A stretch of 64,000 bases of DNA from Elusimicrobiota bacterium. GTDB taxonomy: Bacteria > Elusimicrobiota > Elusimicrobia > F11. Shown one piece after another: positions 51,219 through 60,077 of the stretch (its first letter is position 1; the number at the start of each line of letters is the position of its first letter). The stretch spans positions 512,001 to 576,000 of the forward strand of contig JBGAON010000003.1 in assembly GCA_044221725.1 (NCBI GenBank). Direction: 5' to 3'. Position numbers and translations under genes: made by a program. A model generated the notes under the pieces. The model saw only the letters and a program-made list of their open reading frames with translations, was not told the DNA's origin and did no database searches.

Positions 51219-53045
51219 TTACGGTTTGGTATTTGACTTTTCATTCTGTCGTGATCGCCACAGCGAAGCAACGAACAAGATGAGTGTCATTAAACTTACG
51301 ATGCCGCCAATGCGCACGGACCAAGGGTGATAAACGAATTCAATAATGTGTTTCCCCTCGGATACGTCCGTCCACATAAAAATATCTTCATAGAGACCGG
51401 GGCGACTCTCGCTGCCGTCTACCCGCACGCGCCAGCCAGGATAATAAGCCTCCGAAAAAACGATTCGGCCAGGCCCTTCTGTCTCGGCCACCAGTTTTCC
51501 TGGCTCGTCCGCGATAACTCGAACATCCGCTCCGCTATCAACGAAGAATAAATGCTTTTTCGGATTCGGATTCTCCGTCACCAGCACATCCGCCGGCTCA
51601 GGAATCGCTTTGGCCAGTCCCGTCGCCGAAATATCTATTTTCATTCGAATGCCCGCGACGTCGAAAAGGTTTCGGTCTTGCGATTGATGGTTGAGGCGTT
51701 TTTGAAATTCGAGCGCGCGGCGCCCTTCGAGGCTGTGGTGACTGCTGGCTTCTTTTATCCCAAAGGCGGTTGCATACGACGGCGGATAAACCGATTTTAA
51801 AAATTGCCAATCCGCCGGAGATCGGCGTCTCCACCCAAAATCATTTTTTAAGATCGCGAATGTCGCAAACAGGCGGTTGTGATTCGCAAGTTTGCTTCCG
51901 TCGACCAATGTAACGTGGTTTTCTGTAAGCACCGTGCTAGACGCCCATGTGAATCTCGTTGGCCACGCGTAAAAAAGAAAATCCGCCAACATCAGCGCTA
52001 AGAGAATCTTTCGAGCGGAATTGTTTCTGATTTTCGTCCATCCAATGGTGGCAAGAAAAAAGAAGATGGTGAGCGCGGGAAACAAAAAGTGACTCGGGTA
52101 ACGGAATACACCACTGGTTAGTTTTTGTACGGTCGCTGCTAACATGAACAACAAACCGACGAGCCCCAAGGCCCTTTCTTTCCTTCCGTGACGTAGGATG
52201 GCGATTGCAAATAGGAACGAAAAAATGGGGCCGACGTAAAACGCGTTTAATGTTTTCCCAGGCTCGATCCAGAGCAAAGGCGAAGGTACGACAAGGTTCA
52301 CCACCAAATCCACGATCGAAACGCTTGTCGAAGCAAATCCGGGCGGAACAGAAAACAGTGCGCGTGCGGATTCTTTCAACATTTCGGAAAAGGGAAGCCA
52401 CTGCAATGCGCTTAATCCCGCGGCCCATGAACATCCCTTGACTAGGCAGCGAAACGCGTCTGCTGGCTTCTCTTCCACGGCAGCGAAGACGGTCAACAAT
52501 ACGACAGTGAGCAGCGAAAAAGGCGGAAACCCCGCCAGCCATTGGAGCGCCATCGTAACGCCAAGCGCCTTCGGTTTGCGCTCAAGCAGCAGAAGCAGCA
52601 GAAGGGGGGCCCACGCCATCGAGCAGAAGTCCACCAGGTAGCCGGAACGGTTCAGGAAAAATCCGTTAAAACCGAAAGCGAGCGCTGCGACCGCTGCGGT
52701 CATTGATGATTTGGATTTTCGAAGGAAAAGAATACCCGCCGCACCCGCCGCCAGTGCAACGTGAAATACAATGACGATGCGCTGATAATCCAAGTAGCTT
52801 AGAAAGAATCCCAGCCACCGCACCGGATACAACACTTGGGAGTCCGGTGCGGCGAGAAATGGTTGTCCAAAATTGCGGTAGGGATCCCATAGCAAGGAAC
52901 CCGAATGAAAAAGTCGTTGTCCGATTTCAAACGTGGGATAGAAAAGACGCAGCACGTCCAAATTCAGGGGCACAAGTCCGAAAATCAAAAGTCGGCGCCA
53001 AAACAAAATGGCGTAGGTTGTTCCAGCGAGAATGGTGAGGATCAC
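51219..53045 (-). CDS. YfhO-family (GT-C-like) multi-TM protein
   Basis: LWDPYRNFGQPFLA...LYP near the N-terminus; FSEAYYPGWRVRVDG...GKHIIEFVYHP near the C-terminus. Confidence 0.8.
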   Translation of the reverse strand: MILTILAGTTYAILFWRRLLIFGLVPLNLDVLRLFYPTFEIGQRLFHSGSLLWDPYRNFGQPFLAAPDSQVLYPVRWLGFFLSYLDYQRIVIVFHVALAAGAAGILFLRKSKSSMTAAVAALAFGFNGFFLNRSGYLVDFCSMAWAPLLLLLLLERKPKALGVTMALQWLAGFPPFSLLTVVLLTVFAAVEEKPADAFRCLVKGCSWAAGLSALQWLPFSEMLKESARALFSVPPGFASTSVSIVDLVVNLVVPSPLLWIEPGKTLNAFYVGPIFSFLFAIAILRHGRKERALGLVGLLFMLAATVQKLTSGVFRYPSHFLFPALTIFFFLATIGWTKIRNNSARKILLALMLADFLFYAWPTRFTWASSTVLTENHVTLVDGSKLANHNRLFATFAILKNDFGWRRRSPADWQFLKSVYPPSYATAFGIKEASSHHSLEGRRALEFQKRLNHQSQDRNLFDVAGIRMKIDISATGLAKAIPEPADVLVTENPNPKKHLFFVDSGADVRVIADEPGKLVAETEGPGRIVFSEAYYPGWRVRVDGSESRPGLYEDIFMWTDVSEGKHIIEFVYHPWSVRIGGIVSLMTLILFVASLWRSRQNEKSNTKP

Positions 53046-55223
53046 TTACTGGTTTGCGGCGAGACGGCGCGGTTCGGAGGGCGGAACGTCGGACGGCACT
53101 TCGTTGCTGCTTTCGAGAACGTTGATTAACTCGTAGAGCATAATTGCTTGGTCGAAGCCGGCAAGAAACCGCGGTTGCCATGCTTTCGCTGAGACAACTT
53201 CTTTCACACGGCCGTATGTGGCCGGTGACATGAGAATCTGATTATCGCCGGCCAAATCTTCAATGCGCGCCACCATGTTGACCGCGTCACCGATAACCGT
53301 GTATTCGACGCGATCACCGGAGTCCACATTCCCAGCGATCACTTCCCCAGACGAAATTCCGATGCCGATCGAGATCGGGTCTTTGTTTTGTTTGATGCGC
53401 GTGGCGTTCCATTTATCAATCTCGTGCATAAGGTCCATGGCGCATTGAACCGTATTATGATCGGGATTGGAAAGCTTGGGCAAAATAGGAAGGCCAAACA
53501 CCACCATGACAGCGTCACCGATAAATTTGTCGATCGTGCCTTGGTTGCGATAGACGACGGGCGCTACACAGGAACGAAATTCTTTTAATAGTTCAACGAC
53601 CTCGCGCGGATCAAGCCGACCCGAAAGCACCGTGAAATGCCGAATATCAATCATGAGAACCGAGACCCACGTGCGATGGCCCGCCAAGCGTTCGCGAAAT
53701 CCTTCTTTGTTGCGGCGCATTTCCACGGCCCACGTTTTTCCGACGTACGGAACGAGAGCGTTTGCAAATTCCTGATGGTAAAAATTGTCGAGCATGATGC
53801 CGGCGTTATCAATGACGCTCTTGAGCCAAAAAATGTTGCGGCCTTTATAAGACGAATAACCGAGGTCCGAATTCCCAAGCGTTATCACACCGAACAGCGC
53901 GCGGCGGCGCGTGGAAAAAAGCGGAAAAGCGATTTCCGCCTGCAGCACTTCCATTTCATCGCTAATCGATTGGCGTTCCCAATCGGTGAGAATGCGGCGC
54001 AGCACTTCATCGCGAATCAGTTCCCCTTTCTCTTCGCGGACGTGCTGAATGAGCAGCGAGTCGTTCCGTAAGAAGAATCCGTCCGCGTTTGAAGCAAGAC
54101 CAACGCCCTTTTTAATTTGAAAGATGGATTTCTGCGGATCTTTCAAAAGCAAGCTGAGCGATCCGAAACCGGTGCTTTGCAGGCTGGAAAACAAAATATT
54201 TAAGAGCTCATCCCGGTCGGCCGATGACAACACGCGGCGCGACAAGCCGCGCAAGCGTTGCATTTGATCGTAGCGTTGCGCAAAGAAAATGCGGTCAACC
54301 AAGTTTTGAACGCGGTAGCGAAGCGGATGGAACAAGAGGGCCATAAAAATCGATGACAGGCCCAGCGCGAAGAAGTCGCTGTTCGGTAAGTACGGCAAAA
54401 GCAATTTGCTGGAGAGATAATGCGTGCTTCCAAACACCGTGAGCAAAATGGTGGTCATCACAAAAAATGCGAGCGTTTTTCGAACAAGTTCGGAGAAGTG
54501 ATACAGGTGACTCGTCGTGAGCGAATAAGCGATGAACCCCATGCAGAGGCAAGCGGCAATGTGCATGACCGGGAAGAACCAACTTACATCCAATCGGAAT
54601 CCGATAATAAACGGAACACTAATGGCGACCGTGGAAACCATAATCCCCGTTCCAAACAGCATGTAGAGCAGACGGCTTTTTTGTGTCGGATCTTTCGAGG
54701 TAACGGTTTGCTTGGTTAAGAGCGCTACCGCGATTCCCACAAGCAGACCAAACAGAATCGCGGCGACCCAAAATTGTTTTCCAATGTCCGGAATCGAAAA
54801 GTACGTGTACTTCGCGAGTTGCTGCGGCGTGAGGCCACCCACCATGAGAAGAAACCATCCACCGCTAAAAACATACGCGAGTTGTTTTACGCGTTCATAA
54901 AAGCCAGACATCAGCGAATCCTGATTTTTGTATTGATTGCCAATACTGCCGAGAACCAGGTGATAATAAAGAGGTGAGACGAAAAGAAGGCTAATTGTGT
55001 ACAGGCGGGACCAGATCAGCGACACTTGCGGAGACTTCGAATAGTTTAGACCGATAAACGCGAGCCCCGCGATAAAAAACATGGAACACAGAACTGAAAA
55101 GAGGCGGTTAATCGTTCGGCGCGGACTGTCCATTAATACCAACCCGCCCAGGGCGAGACTTACAAGCGCTGTAAATAAAATTACAAACGCAAGAATATGG
55201 CGGATCTCAAGAGAGGACGTCAT
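53046..55223 (-). CDS. Membrane-bound class III adenylate/guanylate cyclase (multi-TM sensor, GAF-like, cyclase)
   Basis: VLMIDIRHFT, IDKFIGDAVM, IGISSGEVIAGN, YTVIGDAVNMVARIE. The K/T specificity residues favour ATP. Confidence 0.9.
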   Translation of the reverse strand: MTSSLEIRHILAFVILFTALVSLALGGLVLMDSPRRTINRLFSVLCSMFFIAGLAFIGLNYSKSPQVSLIWSRLYTISLLFVSPLYYHLVLGSIGNQYKNQDSLMSGFYERVKQLAYVFSGGWFLLMVGGLTPQQLAKYTYFSIPDIGKQFWVAAILFGLLVGIAVALLTKQTVTSKDPTQKSRLLYMLFGTGIMVSTVAISVPFIIGFRLDVSWFFPVMHIAACLCMGFIAYSLTTSHLYHFSELVRKTLAFFVMTTILLTVFGSTHYLSSKLLLPYLPNSDFFALGLSSIFMALLFHPLRYRVQNLVDRIFFAQRYDQMQRLRGLSRRVLSSADRDELLNILFSSLQSTGFGSLSLLLKDPQKSIFQIKKGVGLASNADGFFLRNDSLLIQHVREEKGELIRDEVLRRILTDWERQSISDEMEVLQAEIAFPLFSTRRRALFGVITLGNSDLGYSSYKGRNIFWLKSVIDNAGIMLDNFYHQEFANALVPYVGKTWAVEMRRNKEGFRERLAGHRTWVSVLMIDIRHFTVLSGRLDPREVVELLKEFRSCVAPVVYRNQGTIDKFIGDAVMVVFGLPILPKLSNPDHNTVQCAMDLMHEIDKWNATRIKQNKDPISIGIGISSGEVIAGNVDSGDRVEYTVIGDAVNMVARIEDLAGDNQILMSPATYGRVKEVVSAKAWQPRFLAGFDQAIMLYELINVLESSNEVPSDVPPSEPRRLAANQ

Positions 55224-55311
55224 CCAGGAGTAATTCTCCTAATTGAGGTTAAGGGTCCTTGAAAACGCGACTATTTATTCTTACCTATCGAGGAGAACTC
55301 CGTCAAGACAT

Positions 55312-55341
55312 TTTTCCACAAGGTTATCCACAGAATCCACA
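55312..55341 (+). promoter_or_regulatory. Cluster of three co-oriented DnaA boxes
   Basis: TTTTCCACA (55312), TTATCCACA (55324), GAATCCACA (55333). Confidence 0.6.
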
Positions 55342-55358
55342 ATTCGAAAACGCCAGAA

Positions 55359-56111
55359 TTATTCTAGGAGCAAACGGAATTCGTTCGTGACGATGTATCC
55401 GGTGCCGGTTTCGGTGTAGTGCAACCCTCCGCTGATGCCGCTCCAGGTGATATTTCCATTGGCGGTATGGTCGGCATAAAAGGAAAGATTTAGGGTGGTC
55501 GGTTGACCATCGAAGGTGCCGGACGCCGAAGCGCTTCCATCCGTTAAGCCATCGAACGTGGTCTTGGCGCCAACGCCGTTAAACGCAAAATTAAGCGACA
55601 AGTTGCTGCTCGAAAAATTCGACGTACCTGTCAATCTCTTATCAGAATCAACGATTCCGGCGAGATCGAGCGTGAGCGTCAGGTTCTCGCTCAAAGTGAA
55701 TTTCGAATTCCCGCCATTGTCGGTAATGAGCACCGACTTAATTATCGCGGTTGACGATTGCATTTGGATTGGATCGATCGTGTTATTGCCGGCGTCCTTA
55801 AATTGAATCGTAAAGGTCGCCGTCCCATAATGACGCTCGCTGGTCGTAAACGTGTAACGTGACTGGGCGTCGGGGCCGGTGAGTTCCGGAAACGTACTGT
55901 TAGTAAGAGTGGTACGGTTCATCACCGGTACCAACACTTTCATGCAATCCCGTTTCATCAAGAACCAACCTTGACCAACTTGAGCGGGCAAGCTCGTGAT
56001 ATCGGACTTGATTGGAAGCGGATCGAGAATTTTGTTCGGTTCCTGTTCGCGTTTGCAGGCTGAAAATCCTGCAGTGACGAAAACAAATCCGATCAGCCAA
56101 AACCTTTTCAT
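55359..56111 (-). CDS. Putative lipoprotein, beta-rich
   Basis: MKRFWLIGFVFVTAGFSA-C lipobox. Confidence 0.7.
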   Translation of the reverse strand: MKRFWLIGFVFVTAGFSACKREQEPNKILDPLPIKSDITSLPAQVGQGWFLMKRDCMKVLVPVMNRTTLTNSTFPELTGPDAQSRYTFTTSERHYGTATFTIQFKDAGNNTIDPIQMQSSTAIIKSVLITDNGGNSKFTLSENLTLTLDLAGIVDSDKRLTGTSNFSSSNLSLNFAFNGVGAKTTFDGLTDGSASASGTFDGQPTTLNLSFYADHTANGNITWSGISGGLHYTETGTGYIVTNEFRLLLE

Positions 56112-56974
56112 GAGCCGGGTTTCCGCGGCGCGAGTTTGTAGCTAACGGTGCCTTTGTAGAGAACGTCGCCGGCGCCGCGCTCGAGATTAAAACTCGAATG
56201 CTGTTCGTCAAGCAAACCGAAAGCGACGCCCGCTCCAATATTCCATCCGGCGTACGACCAGGTCAGCCCTCCCAACGCGTCCATCGCTTCGCCGCCCGAA
56301 TCAGCGAGGACCGACTGATTTATCTTTGTATTTTCGCTGCGGTAATAAGCTACTTCTCCGAGCAAGCCAATATGCCAGACGATCGGTATCTCAAGAGAGC
56401 CTTTGGATTCAAAAATGTTGCCGGGTTCGACTTTGTAGATGGTGTCGTTCGAAACGCCCAGTTTGCTGTGATAACCGCCACGCCACAGGTAACCCACGTT
56501 AAACCGGATTGGCCAATTGGTTGGAATTTTGAACAACGCGAGTGTTTCGTAGTCATAACTGCTTTGAACCGGCAATTCCTGATCTCCTTGTTCCCCTTTC
56601 TTCGTGTGCCAGATGAATTCAAAGCCAAACCAATCGGACGGCGAATATTTGAAATAGGGTGAGAATCGTCCATTTTGGCTGCCCGAATAGTGTGCGGTGG
56701 GCGTTTCGAGTCGTTGACTTAAATAGGTAAGGCCGAAACCAATATCAAAGCGGCGGGTGAGACCGAGGCGCGCTCGCATCGGAAATGCGACGGTTTTGTA
56801 ATTGGTCCGCGGTGTATTGAATTCGTCTTCGCGCTGCGAAACAGAAATGGTGGCTTCGAAGTTGTAGCGACCGGCCGGTTCGACTTCTTCGGTCAAAAGC
56901 GGGCGAGCGTGCAACGCGGGCGAGATGCTAACGAGCGCGAGCGCGAACCAAACGCCTTTTGTAGCGCGCGACAT
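56108..56974 (-). CDS. Putative outer-membrane beta-barrel (transporter-like)
   Basis: Signal peptide from ATG 56974 (…ALHA-RPLLTEE), amphipathic strands. Confidence 0.65.
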   Translation of the reverse strand: MSRATKGVWFALALVSISPALHARPLLTEEVEPAGRYNFEATISVSQREDEFNTPRTNYKTVAFPMRARLGLTRRFDIGFGLTYLSQRLETPTAHYSGSQNGRFSPYFKYSPSDWFGFEFIWHTKKGEQGDQELPVQSSYDYETLALFKIPTNWPIRFNVGYLWRGGYHSKLGVSNDTIYKVEPGNIFESKGSLEIPIVWHIGLLGEVAYYRSENTKINQSVLADSGGEAMDALGGLTWSYAGWNIGAGVAFGLLDEQHSSFNLERGAGDVLYKGTVSYKLAPRKPGS

Positions 56975-56976
56975 CG

Positions 56977-57354
56977 TTATCCTTCGGTTCCTTTGTGATC
57001 GTCTGGGTAATCCGTGTTTAAGCAAGCTTCGCAAGTGTTATCCATATTTTTTGACATGAGTCCATGTTTCGGGCAGGGATCAATTCCAGCATCCGTTAAC
57101 TGTTTGATTCTATCTTGAATTTTCTTGCTATAGCCAGCGCCTTCGCGGTCTTGGTCAACGGTGAAACGGTCCAGCGTCAGACCGTGCACCGAAACAATGT
57201 CTTCCAGTTCAACCTCGGAACTCGCTTTCAGTTGGTCAAACAACACGCCACCGGCCAGGAACTCGTATTGCCAATTTGCGCCGTCCCAATGGATCCGATG
57301 CTGGTTATCCGAGCCAATCCGAAAAATATAGTGTTGTGTTTTGTCGAGCGCCAT
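56977..57354 (-). CDS. Hypothetical protein with a C-terminal CxxH...CxxC motif
   Basis: GGAG SD; CPKH...CEAC. Confidence 0.65.
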   Translation of the reverse strand: MALDKTQHYIFRIGSDNQHRIHWDGANWQYEFLAGGVLFDQLKASSEVELEDIVSVHGLTLDRFTVDQDREGAGYSKKIQDRIKQLTDAGIDPCPKHGLMSKNMDNTCEACLNTDYPDDHKGTEG

Positions 57355-57407
57355 GCTCCGTAATTAGCATATTTGGGCGACGGCGCCTTCGAGGAACGGG
57401 CGGGATT

Positions 57408-57833
57408 TTACGACGCGAAACGAAGACGGGTGGGCAGCGAGAACCGGCCGGCAAGAGCATCGAGAATTTGTACAAGAAGTTCGCTGTACATTATTGGTTT
57501 CTCGATCAATCCTTGGGCACCGGCTTTTTGGGTCTTTTCCAGGCTTGAAGGGTCGGCGTAAGCCGTAATAAATAGGATAGGAACATCTTTGAGCCGGAAA
57601 TCTTGACGGACCATCTTGCACATTGCGAATCCGTCCATCTTGGGGAGCATGATGTCGAGCAGAATCAAATTCGGTTTCTTGGTTTTCAAAATCGTGAGCG
57701 CGCGCTCGGCGTCTCTGGCTTCGATCACATTGAACCCATCTCCTTTCAAAGAAAACGACAAGAAAGATAGGACCGATTCATCATCATCAACAACGATTAT
57801 CGACTTCGCTTCATTCAGTTCCTCTTCGAGCAT
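57408..57833 (-). CDS. Single-domain response regulator receiver
   Basis: IIVVDDD, LLDIMLPKMDG, FITA, KP. Confidence 0.9.
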   Translation of the reverse strand: MLEEELNEAKSIIVVDDDESVLSFLSFSLKGDGFNVIEARDAERALTILKTKKPNLILLDIMLPKMDGFAMCKMVRQDFRLKDVPILFITAYADPSSLEKTQKAGAQGLIEKPIMYSELLVQILDALAGRFSLPTRLRFAS

Positions 57834-57848
57834 AATTGAGTGTAGGCC

Positions 57849-58583
57849 GTGACCTCTGTGATTTCCACCCCCACGCTGTCAATTATTATTCCGGCGTACA
57901 ACGAATCGAAACGAATTCTCCCGACGTTGGAGAAAATTGAAAAATTTCGGCAACTTCAGTCTTACACGACGGAGATCATTGTGGTGGACGACGCTTCCAC
58001 CGATGGCACGAGCGACGTTGTTGAAACGTTCATTGCTGACAAGCCGTTTTTTCGTTTGGTCAGAAATGAAAAAAATATCGGCAAGGGCGGATCGGTGCAA
58101 CGCGGCATGCTTCTCGCAGAAGGCGCGTATCGATTGTTTTCGGATGCCGATATGTCGACGCCAATCGAAGAGGTGCAAAAATTCCTCGGACTAAAATATG
58201 TGGACGTCGTCATCGGGTCGCGTCGCGTGACCGGTGCGCATTTGGCCAAGCGCCAACCCGTTTTGCGTGAAGCGGCAGGCCGTATTTTCAGCGTGCTTGT
58301 TCGCTTTCTCGTGTTGCGCGGATTTTTGGACACGCAATGCGGGTTCAAAATGTTCACGGGCGCCGTGGCAGAGAAAGTATTCCGTCGGCAAACCATCATG
58401 CGCTTTGGTTTCGATGTGGAAATTCTGTTTGTTGCAAAGAAAATCGGTTGCGAGATTCGCGAAGTCGGTGTGCATTGGGAAGATTCGCCATTCACCCGCG
58501 TCCACCTGTTCCGCGACTCCACCGCGATGTTCCTCGACCTCCTCCGCATCCGCCGCAACGACGCAAAGGGCCGCTACAAGTAA
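57849..58583 (+). CDS. GT2 polyprenol/dolichyl-phosphate glycosyltransferase
   Basis: SIIIPAYNE, VVDDASTD, GKGGSV, FSDAD, DTQCGFK, FGFDVEIL. Confidence 0.9.
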   Translation: MTSVISTPTLSIIIPAYNESKRILPTLEKIEKFRQLQSYTTEIIVVDDASTDGTSDVVETFIADKPFFRLVRNEKNIGKGGSVQRGMLLAEGAYRLFSDADMSTPIEEVQKFLGLKYVDVVIGSRRVTGAHLAKRQPVLREAAGRIFSVLVRFLVLRGFLDTQCGFKMFTGAVAEKVFRRQTIMRFGFDVEILFVAKKIGCEIREVGVHWEDSPFTRVHLFRDSTAMFLDLLRIRRNDAKGRYK

Positions 58584-58588
58584 CGAGC

Positions 58589-58632
58589 AAAAGACTTACA
58601 AAAGATTTACACAGGGCTTACCTTGGCTTGAC
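58589..58632 (+). promoter_or_regulatory. Four 11-bp-period direct repeats upstream of the T2SS operon
   Basis: AAAAGACTTAC / AAAAGATTTAC / ACAGGGCTTAC / CTTGGCTTGAC. Confidence 0.5.
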
Positions 58633-58655
58633 GACAAATTTAATAACAGCTGGCC

Positions 58656-60077
58656 ATGGGTATTCTCAAAGAGCTGGTCCCCGACAGTGATTTGCTCAAG
58701 CGTGTGTCCGCGGCCGTCGCGGCCCGCTGGCGTTTTATTCCAATCGGGCGAGCCGCCTCGGGTTCTATTACGGTCGCCGCTTGCGATCCGGACAATCTCG
58801 AACGTCTCGATAACATTTCTGTTTTTCTCGGAGCTCCGGTCACGGCGCTTCGTTGCGATGAAAGCGAATTCCGCGAGGCGTTACGGAAACTGTATGGGTT
58901 GGGCGCCGAAGCGATTGATTCGCTTCAAGCGACCAGCGTGCCGAGCGAATCGGACCCGGAATTTGATTCTCCCCCCGAAAGCGCGGCAATGGTGCGTTTC
59001 GTGGACGATTTGCTGAAACAAGCGCACCGCGAACGCGCGACCGATATCCACATCGAACCGTTCGAGAACGAAACCACGATTCGGTTCCGTATTGATGGCT
59101 TGCTAAATCCAATCCGCGTGCCCGAGAACCTGGTGCGTCACCAGGCCCTCTTAACCTCGCGCATTAAAGTGATGGCGCATATGAACATCGCCGAAAAGCG
59201 GCTCCCGCAAGACGGTCGCGTGCGCGTGGCGTTGGGCGAGGACAACGTCGATATTCGTGTCTCCACAATTCCAACGGTGCACGGTGAAACCGTTGATTTG
59301 CGCTTGTTGCCGCAAGCGAACATGATTCACGGCCTGGAGAAACTGGGCCTCAGCGTTGATCAGCAAACGGTGCTTGAAAAACTTATTCGCAAACCGAACG
59401 GCATCGTGCTCGTGACCGGGCCGACCGGCCATGGAAAAACAACCACGCTCTACTCTTTCCTATCGGGAATCAACACGAGCGAGAAGAAAATCGTCACGAT
59501 TGAAGATCCCGTTGAGTACCGTTTGCGCGGGATCAATCAGATCCAGGTGCACGCAAAAATTGGACTCACGTTTGCGAGCGGGTTGCGATCGGTTTTGCGG
59601 CAGGATCCCGACGTGATTATGGTGGGCGAAATTCGCGATCACGAAACCGCCGAGATTGCGATTCGCGCGTCGTTAACGGGTCATCTGGTCTTCAGCACGT
59701 TGCACACAAATGATGCGATCGGCGCGGTGACACGCCTTATCGACATGGGCATCGAACCCTATTTGGTCGCGTCGTCGGTGAGCGTCGTGCTCGCGCAACG
59801 ACTGGTGCGCACGCTTTGCACGGCGTGCGGGCATCAAAAGCCCGAATGCGATATCTGTCACGGCGTCGGTTTCAAAGGCCGAACCGGCCTATTTGAGTTG
59901 CTCATTATTAATGAGTCGCTCCGCGAAATGATTGCGAGTCGAACGCCGGCATCGGCGCTACGAAAGGCGGCGGCGTCGTTGGGAATGAAAACGCTTTTTG
60001 AAAGCGGCCAAGCGAAAGCCGAACGGGGTATCACGACCCTGAACGAAGTACGACGCGTGGCCGAAGAGATCGCGTGA
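58656..60077 (+). CDS. gspE: GspE/PilB-family secretion ATPase
   Basis: ATDIHIEP, EKRLPQDGR, GPTGHGKTTT, TIEDPVE, LRQDPDVIMVGEIRD, TGHLVFSTLHTND. Confidence 0.93.
   Translation: MGILKELVPDSDLLKRVSAAVAARWRFIPIGRAASGSITVAACDPDNLERLDNISVFLGAPVTALRCDESEFREALRKLYGLGAEAIDSLQATSVPSESDPEFDSPPESAAMVRFVDDLLKQAHRERATDIHIEPFENETTIRFRIDGLLNPIRVPENLVRHQALLTSRIKVMAHMNIAEKRLPQDGRVRVALGEDNVDIRVSTIPTVHGETVDLRLLPQANMIHGLEKLGLSVDQQTVLEKLIRKPNGIVLVTGPTGHGKTTTLYSFLSGINTSEKKIVTIEDPVEYRLRGINQIQVHAKIGLTFASGLRSVLRQDPDVIMVGEIRDHETAEIAIRASLTGHLVFSTLHTNDAIGAVTRLIDMGIEPYLVASSVSVVLAQRLVRTLCTACGHQKPECDICHGVGFKGRTGLFELLIINESLREMIASRTPASALRKAAASLGMKTLFESGQAKAERGITTLNEVRRVAEEIA

Noticed and set aside
55224..55358. Chromosomal replication origin
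   Set aside because: Only three boxes in a short gap, with no DnaA-trios, no AT-rich unwinding element and no dnaA/dnaN nearby. It is retained only as a DnaA-box cluster.
58234..59016. 260-aa ORF bridging GT2 and gspE
   Set aside because: It is an out-of-frame overlap with two well-supported genes and has no motifs.
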